Made by a program: the position numbers and the translations under genes. DNA of 64,000 nucleotides from NCBI GenBank assembly GCA_037146995.1, contig JBAWWA010000001.1, forward strand, positions 9,072-73,071. The letters run 5' to 3'. This DNA is from a bacterium (GTDB taxonomy: Bacteria > Patescibacteriota > Patescibacteriia > Patescibacteriales > GWE2-39-37). This document shows positions 55,976 through 64,000 of this stretch, one piece after another. Each line of letters begins with the position of its first letter. Position 1 is the stretch's first letter. The notes beneath the pieces were generated by a model that was not told where the DNA came from, ran no database searches, and was given only the letters and a program-made list of their open reading frames with translations.

Positions 55976-57163
55976 TTATTTATACCTTAGCGCATCTAAT
56001 GGATTTATCTTGGCCGCCTTGCGGGCTGGATAAAAACCGGTCAATAAACCAATCACGCTAGAAAAAACAATAATAACTACCACAAACCAGGTTGGACTAT
56101 AAAACAAATTCAAGCTTTGACCACCAAAATTACTTGCCAACAGGTTAAGGCCTAAATTAGCAAGCAAACCACCTGAATAACCTATAATAACCCCGCCTAA
56201 ACCGCCAAGAAAGCCCATTAAAAAAGCCTCAATCAAAAACATTACCATAATATCAACCTTTGAGGCGCCGATCGATCGCATAATACCGATCTCATTAATT
56301 CTTTCGAGTAAAGTGATTGTCATTGTGTTAAACATACCAATAGCTGAAACAATCAAAGCGACAAAACCAAATAAAGCTAGAACAATTTGTAAAACTCGAA
56401 AAACCTTGTCAGCCTGCTCTAAAGTGTCTGACAACGATGAAACCACAAAACCCTGATCAATGACAGCTGTACGCACTTGCTCAATCTCAGTTTTTTGTCC
56501 AACTTTAATTTTTAATTGATTAAAGCTTGTTAGCCCAAGATCTTTCATGGTATCCATGGGCACAAAAGCGTAGCTCGTAGCGTCATCAGCGATAACCCCC
56601 ACAATAACATATTTGTCATTCCTTTTTTCAGAATCTGCCTCGTTCGAACCCGTCTTATTTAAAAACAAAGAAAAAGAAATATCCTTACCAATAGCATCTG
56701 CTGGACTAATACTGAATAACTTTGTTACTGCAGTTGAAATAACAACTTCATGCGCATCCTTGCTTTGAAACAATTTGCCTGTTTCCGCTACAATACTACC
56801 AAGACGAAAAAAAGATGGTTCGGCCAAATATACCAAACCGTCACCTGTCAAATTATTAAAAGATATTTGTGCCCCCACGCTCATCATTGGACTGACCTCA
56901 GCCACACCCTTAATACCAGCAATTTTTTGCACCGAATCATTTGATAAGGTAATAGCGCTTGACCCCGGACTCACATCAAGACTTAATAAAGCATCATCGC
57001 TGCCTATTTTTTGCGAGATTACTTTTTCAAGACCATAACCTAGCGAAACTAGAAATAACACGGTACCGATGCCCACACCCACACCTAAAACCGTAAGAAA
57101 AGTACGCATCTTACGGGTTTTAAACATTCTCGTGGAAAGTGATAATGTATCTGTGAATTTCAT
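55976..57163 (-). CDS. ABC transporter permease, FtsX/MacB-like
   Basis: 395-aa ORF with an N-terminal TM helix, a large extracytoplasmic domain and three C-terminal TM helices ending YPARKAAKINPLDALRY (FtsX-family signature). Confidence 0.85.
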   Translation of the reverse strand: MKFTDTLSLSTRMFKTRKMRTFLTVLGVGVGIGTVLFLVSLGYGLEKVISQKIGSDDALLSLDVSPGSSAITLSNDSVQKIAGIKGVAEVSPMMSVGAQISFNNLTGDGLVYLAEPSFFRLGSIVAETGKLFQSKDAHEVVISTAVTKLFSISPADAIGKDISFSLFLNKTGSNEADSEKRNDKYVIVGVIADDATSYAFVPMDTMKDLGLTSFNQLKIKVGQKTEIEQVRTAVIDQGFVVSSLSDTLEQADKVFRVLQIVLALFGFVALIVSAIGMFNTMTITLLERINEIGIMRSIGASKVDIMVMFLIEAFLMGFLGGLGGVIIGYSGGLLANLGLNLLASNFGGQSLNLFYSPTWFVVVIIVFSSVIGLLTGFYPARKAAKINPLDALRYK

Positions 57164-57164
57164 T

Positions 57165-58496
57165 TTATTTATACTTACCCAATATCAATAACTCAAAACG
57201 CCTGCCAATCTTTCTCGCCGTTCGCATATTAATCGCGGATCCTCCCTTTTTAAGGGAACCGTGAATCTTTTTCACAAAAAGGTCGCGATCAATCATTAAT
57301 GCTAAACGTTCCTTAATTGCCTGATCAAAAACCTCAAGCGCTATAAATGATTTAAAATGTACATCAAACTCTTCGAGCAGATAATGCCTAATCTCTGTAA
57401 CTTCACTATCTTGATTCGGCACAATATTTTCCTTGATTTTGCGATCCTCCTCCTCAAGCTCCTTAATTTCTTTAACGATCCCAGAGACCATTTCAGCAAT
57501 GCGAGATGCCCTTCGACTATCAAGTCCTAGGCCGCCCTTGTCAGGTGATTGATCAATAAAGCTTTCAAAAGACTCATCTTCATAAATGCCCGATATCAAC
57601 ATGTTTTCAACCTTTTTCTCAAGACCACTCAACTCATCAATAGTCATACCTATCATAACCTCTGACACAATCTGCTTAGCCTTAAATGGAATCAAGAGAT
57701 TGCCTACTTGGTCGGGCGACAAGCTTGAATATGTATTAATCAATAGCTCAAGTTCTTTAGAAATATCACGCTTGATAACAACCTGCGAAACGCCTTCAAC
57801 CTGGCGGTTAACTTTGACGTCAACGACCCTACCGTCTCTGATAAAAAAAACACGATGAGCGATGCTCAAATATGAAGGGTCGTGAGTAACAAGTATAACA
57901 GTTTTCTTTTGCTTTTCATTTAAATTGCGTAAAATATCCATTACATCTTGCGAAGACTTTGAGTCAAGATTACCAACTGGCTCGTCGGCCATAATGATTT
58001 CTGGATCGTTAATCAAAGCACGTGAAATTGAAATTCGCTGCTGTTGACCTCCAGACAGTTCCGTCGGTAATTTGTTGGCCTGAGCTCGAACGCCAAAATA
58101 TTCAAGCAAATCAAGGGCTTTCTTGCGTCTAATACCCTTATTTTCATTTAAAAAAACCTGAGGCAAGGTAACATTACCAGCAACGGTCAAGGATGGTATC
58201 AAATAAAAAGCCTGAAAAATCATGCCAATCGTCTTGCGATGAAAATTAAGATTCTCCTGATTATTAAATTGGGTGATGTTTTTGTCATGAACATAGATAT
58301 TGCCTTGAATATTATGTTCTAGACCAGAGATGGCATATAGCAAGGTGGATTTACCGCAACCAGAAGGACCAAAGAAGATAATGAACTCCTCTGGAAATAT
58401 CTCAATATTTATATCATTTAGTGCCCTTACCTCGTTAGCCTTGCCCAAATTATACGCAACATTAAGTCCCTCAACTTTAATTATTGGATTTGCCAT
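57165..58496 (-). CDS. ABC transporter ATP-binding protein (MacB/LolD-like) with long C-terminal extension
   Basis: 443-aa ORF with Walker A GPSGCGKST, signature LSGGQQQR and Walker B IIMADEPVGNLD. After the ATPase core, roughly 200 further residues have no family I recognise. Confidence 0.85.
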   Translation of the reverse strand: MANPIIKVEGLNVAYNLGKANEVRALNDINIEIFPEEFIIFFGPSGCGKSTLLYAISGLEHNIQGNIYVHDKNITQFNNQENLNFHRKTIGMIFQAFYLIPSLTVAGNVTLPQVFLNENKGIRRKKALDLLEYFGVRAQANKLPTELSGGQQQRISISRALINDPEIIMADEPVGNLDSKSSQDVMDILRNLNEKQKKTVILVTHDPSYLSIAHRVFFIRDGRVVDVKVNRQVEGVSQVVIKRDISKELELLINTYSSLSPDQVGNLLIPFKAKQIVSEVMIGMTIDELSGLEKKVENMLISGIYEDESFESFIDQSPDKGGLGLDSRRASRIAEMVSGIVKEIKELEEEDRKIKENIVPNQDSEVTEIRHYLLEEFDVHFKSFIALEVFDQAIKERLALMIDRDLFVKKIHGSLKKGGSAINMRTARKIGRRFELLILGKYK

Positions 58497-59047
58497 GTAA
58501 AGAAAATGTTATGAAGATATTATAACAATTTTTACAATATTCCACAATAACAAAAAAACCCTATTCAATAAGGTTTAAAACAAAATAAAAGGGGCCCAGA
58601 AGGTCCACTTGATATATATTAATGAAAATAAATTTATTGGTCCTATACTGAGCCCCATCCCTAAATGCTGATTATCTACCTTCCTCCTCGGATAGTACAT
58701 AATATTTTAGCCCTCAGGGAGAGTGCTTGTTCATTCCAACTTATGAACGTATTTTTACCAATTTTTTGGCTTTCGATCTTTTTTATATTTTAGATCTAGT
58801 TGCCTAGTTTTGTAAAACCAGTTGGTTTGGTTTTAAAAAATTAGTAAAAATAAAAACTTTTTTCCAAATTACTTTATGAAATTTGGGAATGTGTTTCTTT
58901 TGTTTTTGTTTTTGTAGAAGGTGCGATTTCTTTTTTTTGAAAGATGTTTTGTTTCAACTTTCTGAATTAATCATAACACGGATTTTGACTTTTAGCAATA
59001 CCTGTTGTTTAGTATATTTACTAGATTAAATATTGCTAACATTAAAT

Positions 59048-59305
59048 CAAAAAATTTTATCAAAAAATTTTATCCACACTTAAGTCCACATAAATGTGGA
59101 CTTAAATAAATCTTATCCACAGCTCTTAAGTCCACAGAAATGTGGACTTAAGTACAATAGCTTCTTTTAAGAAGAAGTATGCACCACCAGCGCACCTTCA
59201 TTAAGCCAGTGCCTACTGCAAATTTAGCTACTTAATAGCAATATGCTTAAATGAAAATATTCCCAATAGGATCTACCACTACTTTAGTCCACAAAAATGT
59301 GGACT
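59048..59305. promoter_or_regulatory. DnaA-box / palindrome cluster (candidate oriC-like or DnaA-regulated region)
   Basis: Tandem AT-rich 13-mer caaaaaattttat x2 at 59048-59073. Perfect DnaA boxes TTATCCACA at 59070-59078 and 59113-59121. Palindromes AAGTCCACA-n-AAATGTGGACTT at 59082-59103 and 59128-59149, and AGTCCACAAAAATGTGGACT at 59286-59305. Confidence 0.4.
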
Positions 59306-59348
59306 TAAAACAAAAAAAAGACCAAAGGTCCTTTTTTTATTGATAATG

Positions 59349-59419
59349 AGGTGACGGTGGGAATCGAACCCACGATAAGAGTTTTGCAGACTCATGCCTT
59401 ACCACTTGGCCACGTCACC
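59349..59419 (-). tRNA. tRNA-Cys (anticodon GCA)
   Basis: The reverse complement is GGTGACGTGGCCAAGTGGTAAGGCATGAGTCTGCAAAACTCTTATCGTGGGTTCGATTCCCACCGTCACCT. It has a 7-bp acceptor stem, T arm GTGGG-TTCGATT-CCCAC, anticodon loop CTGCAAA and discriminator U. CCA is not encoded. Confidence 0.9.
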
Positions 59420-59490
59420 TAATTGAAATGCGCCCTCATCAGGCGCATTTCTATATTATCAAATCTTCAGTTTTATGACAAGCAGCTGCT

Positions 59491-60213
59491 TTATTTTACC
59501 ACAACTACCCTCAAAGTCCTGACTCCAAACTGCATGGCTGCCGGTTTTTCTTTAAACCACACATCCACACGTTGTGAATAGCGCCGATTCATACGGTCTC
59601 TAACCACAAAAACTCTCTCACCAAACATTTCAGGCATTTTAACCTTGGTACCAAAAGGCAAAAAATTTGCGGCCACGGTGTCCTCTACCCCGTGTTCACA
59701 AACATTAAAACCATTTGCCGTCACACATGGTGAAGCATCGGTCTGAGCCGCTTCAGATGTATAGGCAGTCATGGAGTGATAACCATGATCAATCGCACTT
59801 GAACTTGAGACAATGCTCATATTTATATCATCCTGAACATCCACCAAGTCATCAACACGATTTGTTTTTGTAAAAGTTGCAGCCCTGACTTTTTTCAAAT
59901 TATCAGGCACTAGAGATTTAGTTACTTCGCTTTTTTCCGCGTTTTCGCTAGCCTTAATCGTGTTCTCCACGATCAAGGTTTGATTAACAGTCTTGTCCGT
60001 GCCTAAACTTTCAGGCACACACTGAGCATCTGAATAATCCTGATTGGCAGCAAAAATTGGCAAAGGAAATAACAAATAATCAAAAATAATCACGCAAAAC
60101 AAAAAATAAGCATACTTGCGCTGATTAACATTCTTTAGGGAATAGCCCATATTAAATTTAGTCATTCTGAGTACAACGTAAAATCTGGGGATCAGAAATA
60201 AAAACGTTGCCAA
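59491..60213 (-). CDS. 3D-domain (MltA/RlpA-like double-psi beta-barrel) cell-wall protein
   Basis: 240-aa ORF. The more likely start is ATG 60150 (MGYSLKNVNQRKYAYFLFCVIIFDYLLFPLPIFAA signal/anchor). C-terminal 3D domain: MTAYTSEAAQTDASPCVTANG...FGTKVKMPE...VVRDRMNRRY...VDVWF. Confidence 0.75.
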   Translation of the reverse strand: MATFLFLIPRFYVVLRMTKFNMGYSLKNVNQRKYAYFLFCVIIFDYLLFPLPIFAANQDYSDAQCVPESLGTDKTVNQTLIVENTIKASENAEKSEVTKSLVPDNLKKVRAATFTKTNRVDDLVDVQDDINMSIVSSSSAIDHGYHSMTAYTSEAAQTDASPCVTANGFNVCEHGVEDTVAANFLPFGTKVKMPEMFGERVFVVRDRMNRRYSQRVDVWFKEKPAAMQFGVRTLRVVVVK

Positions 60214-60501
60214 GTTTAGCGTTTATGGAGATTTGAAGATTTCAAGCCCCCTGCGTTCAGAATAACCGCACTGAGACAAAATAAGTTATGACAGTGTTGT
60301 CATAACTTAAAATTAATCTCAAGTTAATTTAATGATAGCACATATATCTAATTTAGTCAATGTATTTGACGCAAAAAATCATGTTTTTTGACTAACACTA
60401 GCGTTAATTAGGCCTCACTCTATTGACAAATATCAACAAAAATGCTAGTCTGGTAATTATCACTTACGTTCATTCAAACCACACATAAAAGGAGAGTAAA
60501 A

Positions 60502-61002
60502 ATGCGAATTCTCAAAGTTTTTGGCCCAATTCTCTTGGCAGTGCTATTTAACGGCTGCGCCCTACTTCAACCTCCGACTGCTGGCTGGTCAACTACAAAA
60601 ATAGTCAAAGACGCCAAAGGCGAGATTGTAGAATCCCAATACACCAGAAAAGTCTTTGGTGGCATACCCGACAAGGAAGACGTTGGCACATGGTCTAGCG
60701 CTGATGACATTTCACGATCTAGTCTTGGAAAATCCACCATAAACAGCCGAACTCTTTACCCAGGCATTGTCGAAAACAAGTCACGGCGACCTATAAGTAT
60801 TAAAATTACTGGTCCTGTAACTCGAAGTTACATGCTCGATGCCCGAGAAAAGATTGACGATGAATTGCCGGCTGGTGCCTACAATGCCACCGCCTGGGAT
60901 GGTGAGCGCAAAGTTGGTTGGCACGACTTCAGGGTTGTGCCAGGAACTGAGCATTTTTACAACAAACAAAAGGTGAGTTGGTATTATTACCAAGCTCGCT
61001 AA
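60502..61002 (+). CDS. Lipoprotein, unknown function
   Basis: 166-aa ORF with a strong Shine-Dalgarno (AAAGGAG, 7 nt upstream) and a lipobox signal peptide MRILKVFGPILLAVLFNGC. Confidence 0.75.
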   Translation: MRILKVFGPILLAVLFNGCALLQPPTAGWSTTKIVKDAKGEIVESQYTRKVFGGIPDKEDVGTWSSADDISRSSLGKSTINSRTLYPGIVENKSRRPISIKITGPVTRSYMLDAREKIDDELPAGAYNATAWDGERKVGWHDFRVVPGTEHFYNKQKVSWYYYQAR

Positions 61003-61004
61003 AC

Positions 61005-61038
61005 AAAAAAGCCTCGACTCAAAAGTCGAGGCTTTATT
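61005..61038. terminator. Bidirectional rho-independent terminator
   Basis: A-run, then GCCTCGAC-tcaaaa-GTCGAGGC, then TTTATT. It lies between the convergent lipoprotein gene and the last pilin-like gene. Confidence 0.75.
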
Positions 61039-61043
61039 ATTGA

Positions 61044-61529
61044 TTATGGAGAAGGTGAGCCACCGCCATTATTAACCGGATCACCCACAGAATTCAAGGT
61101 ATCAAGCTGATTAAAGACAAAGTAAGTAATTGAATAAGCCGAGATGACAATAACCAGGCCAACCACAGCGCGTGTAATCTTGTCCCTGGCTTCTTCGATT
61201 TTTTTGGCATCACCTCCAGCCATAAACCATTGGTAACCGGCCGACATAATCAAAACCACAAATATAACACCCAGCATGCCTAAAAAGATTTTAATCAATG
61301 AAGCAATATTAGCTTGCAATTGATCATCGGCCGACTGAGCAAAACCAGTTTCAGTAAAAAAATCTTTTTCCTCTTCCGTGTTACCGTCTAAAGCGTTTGA
61401 ATTTATCAAATTCATCGCTGCATTTACCTTATTAGCAGTAATACTTACAGACATTAAAATTACAAAAGATAGTATAGCTAGTATTTTTTTATAGTTGACC
61501 AAAAACATAAGATTGAATTGTATAAGCAC
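61044..61529 (-). CDS. T4SS-pilin-like (TrbC/VirB2-like) small membrane protein, paralogue 6
   Basis: 161-aa ORF (a later Met start is possible). Core: IFVVLIMSAGYQWFMAGGDAKKIEEARDKITRAVVGLVIVISAYSITYFV. Gly/Pro-rich C-terminal tail. Confidence 0.75.
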   Translation of the reverse strand: MLIQFNLMFLVNYKKILAILSFVILMSVSITANKVNAAMNLINSNALDGNTEEEKDFFTETGFAQSADDQLQANIASLIKIFLGMLGVIFVVLIMSAGYQWFMAGGDAKKIEEARDKITRAVVGLVIVISAYSITYFVFNQLDTLNSVGDPVNNGGGSPSP

Positions 61530-61809
61530 TAACCGTAATAATTAAACCGATAACCGCTCGCCAAATTGTATCTTTTGACTCTTCGATTTTTTTGGCGTCG
61601 CCTCCGGCCATCATCCACTTGTAACCGGCCGAGATAATCAAAATCACAAAAATAACGCCAAGTATCCCCAAAAAAACACTAACTAAATAACCCAAGACAC
61701 CGGCTGGAGTTAAGGCGCTGGCCGATGTGTCAAAATTTTTATCTCCGACATTCTTCATGCGCTCGGTAATACTGACCGCTTGAGCAACTTTTATTTCAAA
61801 AAAAGACAT
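61489..61809 (-). CDS. T4SS-pilin-like small membrane protein, paralogue 5 (no clear signal peptide)
   Basis: 106-aa ORF with core IFVILIISAGYKWMMAGGDAKKIEESKDTIWRAVIGLIITVSAYTI. It lacks the N-terminal hydrophobic leader of its neighbours, and its 3' end overlaps the next ORF. Confidence 0.65.
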   Translation of the reverse strand: MSFFEIKVAQAVSITERMKNVGDKNFDTSASALTPAGVLGYLVSVFLGILGVIFVILIISAGYKWMMAGGDAKKIEESKDTIWRAVIGLIITVSAYTIQSYVFGQL

Positions 61810-61813
61810 AAAC

Positions 61814-62239
61814 TTAGGGATTACCGATAGTGCCAGCGTCTAAACCTTGGCTAGCAAATTTAGTAATTACGTATGAACTTAGAGTATAAGACGAGACGAC
61901 GATTATCAAACCAATAACGGCTCGAGTCAAGATATCTTTTGCCTGTTCAACTTTTTTGGGGTCACCCTGAGCCGTCATCCACAGATAACCGGCATAAATA
62001 GTCAAGATCAAAAAAATAACCCCCAAGAATGATAATATAATCGAGATTACATTTTGGATGATTGGATCAACATCGCTCTTAGTATTGTCATAGCCGGCTT
62101 CAACAGCCACACTGTCTAGCGGGTTATTACTATTTCCCCCAGTTGGGTCAAATGCATCCTTCAAATTAGCAGCCAAAACTATGTTTGTAGCAAAAAATGC
62201 TACGGTGAAAAAAACTAAGATTTTTTTTAATATTTTCAT
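61814..62239 (-). CDS. T4SS-pilin-like small membrane protein, paralogue 4
   Basis: 141-aa ORF with a signal peptide. Core: IFLILTIYAGYLWMTAQGDPKKVEQAKDILTRAVIGLIIVVSSYTL. Confidence 0.75.
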   Translation of the reverse strand: MKILKKILVFFTVAFFATNIVLAANLKDAFDPTGGNSNNPLDSVAVEAGYDNTKSDVDPIIQNVISIILSFLGVIFLILTIYAGYLWMTAQGDPKKVEQAKDILTRAVIGLIIVVSSYTLSSYVITKFASQGLDAGTIGNP

Positions 62240-62258
62240 TGATTATTTAAATATTAAC

Positions 62259-62639
62259 TTAGGCACTTGGTGTGGTCACCCCGGAAGCAAAATCACCAAC
62301 AAAAGCCGTGATAGCATAGGCCGAGACGACAATTATCAAACCAATAACTGCTCGCTTGATTATATCCTTGGCCTCAGCGACTTTTTTTTCTTCCCCCTGT
62401 GCTGTCATCCAAAGATAGCCACCGTATATAGCCAGACATAAAAAAATCACCCCCAAAAAACTCACTGCTACGCCCATATACTGACCGATGCGCTCTGATA
62501 TAGTCGTCTCAGTAGATGCCGTTTCAAAACCCATCCCCTTGCCAGTACTCTGCAAGCCACCATCAAAAGCCATAGCAACAGAAGCAAAAATCGACTGAAT
62601 AATTATTAACATCAAATATAATGACCTCATTATCTTCAT
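62259..62639 (-). CDS. T4SS-pilin-like small membrane protein, paralogue 3
   Basis: 126-aa ORF with a signal peptide. Core: IFLCLAIYGGYLWMTAQGEEKKVAEAKDIIKRAVIGLIIVVSAYAI. Confidence 0.75.
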   Translation of the reverse strand: MKIMRSLYLMLIIIQSIFASVAMAFDGGLQSTGKGMGFETASTETTISERIGQYMGVAVSFLGVIFLCLAIYGGYLWMTAQGEEKKVAEAKDIIKRAVIGLIIVVSAYAITAFVGDFASGVTTPSA

Positions 62640-62643
62640 GGTA

Positions 62644-63033
62644 TTATTGCGCTATCCCGCCAGGATTCTGGGCCATATCACCAATAAAGGCGGTTATGGC
62701 GTAAGCTGAAAAGATAATTATCAAACCTAGTGCTGCTCTAACCATTATGTCTCGAGCTTCCTCAGCCTGCTTGGCATTACCTTGAGCAGTCATCCATTTG
62801 AAACCTCCATAAAGAATAAGAGCAAAAAATATCACACCAACGAAGGCCAAAACTTGACCGATTAAAGTACCAGCCAAAACTGAAATATCCGTTTCTTTAC
62901 CTCTTATGGGCGAGCTTGCCGGAGCTGAAGCATCAAGGCCATAGCACGCCTTGTCCCCAACACAATCAACCGCCAAAACAACCTGTCCCGAAAGAATATA
63001 GATAAAACTGAATAATAAAATTATCTTTTTCAT
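62644..63033 (-). CDS. T4SS-pilin-like small membrane protein, paralogue 2
   Basis: 129-aa ORF with a signal peptide. Core: IFFALILYGGFKWMTAQGNAKQAEEARDIMVRAALGLIIIFSAYAI. Confidence 0.75.
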   Translation of the reverse strand: MKKIILLFSFIYILSGQVVLAVDCVGDKACYGLDASAPASSPIRGKETDISVLAGTLIGQVLAFVGVIFFALILYGGFKWMTAQGNAKQAEEARDIMVRAALGLIIIFSAYAITAFIGDMAQNPGGIAQ

Positions 63034-63134
63034 AACTAAATAGCACTAATTTTGAAGATAATCTGCATTGTTATAAGAATAAAAACATCTCATTCACATA
63101 ACAATGCAGAGTATAAAACTCTGCATTATAAAAA

Positions 63135-63548
63135 CTAAGCAGTACCCTTGGTACTGGTTAAAATTTGATCGATTACAAAAGTGGCAATTGCCCAAGCTGA
63201 CAAGATGATAACTAAACCAACTACACCAGCGACTAACAATTTTTTAGCTTCTTCGATTTTGTCTTCAGCACCTGCAGCAGTCATCCATTTGAAACCACCG
63301 AAAAGGATGATCACAACAGCTACTAGACCCAAGAAACCCATTAAAACGTTGATTACACCTGCAGCGATCTGCTGAGGATTCTTATCTCCACCAAAGGCAC
63401 CAGTTTTTAAGGCAGCTGAATTTTCCTCACCACCCAAAAGAGCTGTACCATCCTCACTCAAAGCGTGAACTGGTAGCGCCATAAAGCTTGGCAAAGCAAT
63501 CAAAGCCGTAAAAGCTAAAGAGATTACGTATTTATTAAATTTATTCAT
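63135..63548 (-). CDS. T4SS-pilin-like small membrane protein, paralogue 1
   Basis: 137-aa ORF with signal peptide (ALIALPSFMALPVHA). Core: VVIILFGGFKWMTAAGAEDKIEEAKKLLVAGVVGLVIILSAWAI. Confidence 0.75.
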   Translation of the reverse strand: MNKFNKYVISLAFTALIALPSFMALPVHALSEDGTALLGGEENSAALKTGAFGGDKNPQQIAAGVINVLMGFLGLVAVVIILFGGFKWMTAAGAEDKIEEAKKLLVAGVVGLVIILSAWAIATFVIDQILTSTKGTA

Positions 63549-63806
63549 TGTTCACCTCCTCTCCAATATAATGCATAAACATTAGAATTTAACTTGCAAA
63601 AAACAAGGTTAGACCGTGCCTTTTATTAAAGCAAGTAAGTTATTAACACTTGGCTATATTTTAGCATAAAAACAATAAAGCGACAAAAATGTCAAAAATA
63701 ATTTTAACCATTTTAATTTAAAAAATATTAATCGATATTTTAAATATCTATCATATTAAAATCTGCAAAAATCAACTACATTAGCCCCAACATTGCACCT
63801 TTTACC

Positions 63807-63835
63807 TTGACTTTTATTGCATTTTCTTGTAAATT
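63807..63835 (+). promoter_or_regulatory. Sigma-70-type promoter upstream of the infB-like gene
   Basis: TTGACT (63807-12), a 17-nt spacer, then TAAATT (63830-35). Confidence 0.4.
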
Positions 63836-63849
63836 TAAAGTAAATATCA

Positions 63850-63871
63850 GGACCCAAAGGTCCATTTTTTT
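63850..63871 (+). terminator. Terminator-like hairpin inside the infB leader (possible attenuator)
   Basis: GGACC-caaa-GGTCC, then A, then TTTTTTT. It lies ~15 nt downstream of the putative -10 and ~55 nt upstream of the ATG. Confidence 0.3.
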
Positions 63872-63924
63872 ACATAAATCACCCACAGCACTCAATTACG
63901 TGGGAAAAGTCCAAAAAATTACTT

Positions 63925-64000
63925 ATGAATGTAACCGAACTTGCCAGAAAACTTAGAGTTACGCCAAAAGAGCTGCTTGAAAAATTACCGCTCATGGGCT
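63925..64000 (+). CDS. infB: Translation initiation factor IF-2, N-terminal fragment (gene runs off the window end)
   Basis: Not in the ORF track because it is truncated. The ATG at 63925 opens MNVTELARKLRVTPKELLEKLPLMG, which resembles the IF2_N domain (xxVxELAxxLxVxxxELIxxL). Confidence 0.45.
   Translation, partial: MNVTELARKLRVTPKELLEKLPLMG

Noticed and set aside
58590-58740. GC-richer patch (ggggcccagaaggtccac...gagccccatccc...ccctcagggagag) upstream of the ABC ATPase gene as a known small RNA (tmRNA, RNase P, SRP, 6S)
   Set aside because: I could not find the conserved cores of those RNAs (no tRNA-like end or tag ORF, no GGAAAGUCCGG, no helix-8 motif). It may be a 5' UTR or an unknown sRNA, but the evidence is too weak to call.
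59082-59305. The three near-identical 20-22-nt palindromes as a CRISPR array
   Set aside because: There are only three copies with irregular spacing (46 and 158 bp). The repeats are shorter than typical CRISPR repeats, perfect DnaA boxes are interleaved, and no cas genes are present.

Overview
AT-rich bacterial window, coded almost entirely on the minus strand. It resembles a small-genome CPR/Patescibacteria-like organism. This is an inference from a 23S-5S rRNA pair with no 16S, tandem T4SS-pilin-like genes and many orphan secreted proteins. The standard genetic code applies, since TAA, TAG and TGA all act as stops. Left part (1-19 kb): a trxB fragment; an ArsR / polyferredoxin / Cys-Met-rich module; two paralogous modules of ECF sigma + membrane anti-sigma-like protein + secreted proteins; an AT-rich Type IIS restriction-modification pair (AlwI/PleI/N.BstNBI-family endonuclease plus a fused double Dam-like methyltransferase); hsp20; VanW; a Lys-rich small protein; endonuclease Q; a HAD hydrolase; YvcK. 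Middle: 5S and 23S rRNA (23S with extra sequence in domain I) and pilT. Core (24.3-54.2 kb): a co-directional ~30 kb array, named P1..P13 in transcription order, i.e. from 54241 down to 24273. Eleven large Sec-secreted, glycan-lyase/hydrolase-like enzymes of several unrelated folds all end in the same C-terminal tag (consensus D-[IV]-x-A-P-x-A-P-S-G-L-x-V-[LF]-stop, e.g. ...DVIAPSAPSGLSVL) and share a related signal peptide. They are bracketed by two proteins (P1, P13) whose Fn3 domain begins at strand B. My main hypothesis, which is an inference, is that the tag is a detached Fn3 A-strand that docks the enzymes onto the strand-A-less Fn3 of the membrane-anchored P1 by strand complementation. 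The array also shows cassette-like junctions: a 164-bp perfect repeat, a 51-nt indel between TGYTATAAT copies, and extended -10 elements written over the Val-Leu-stop codons. One member is split by a single in-frame TAG. Right part: rnc, nusB, rpmF, a MacB-like ABC pair, an ~840-bp non-coding region with two perfect DnaA boxes and three AGTCCACA-N4-TGTGGACT palindromes, tRNA-Cys, a 3D-domain protein, a lipoprotein, six tandem T4SS-pilin-like genes and the start of infB. All coordinates of non-ORF features were counted by hand and may be off by a few nt.
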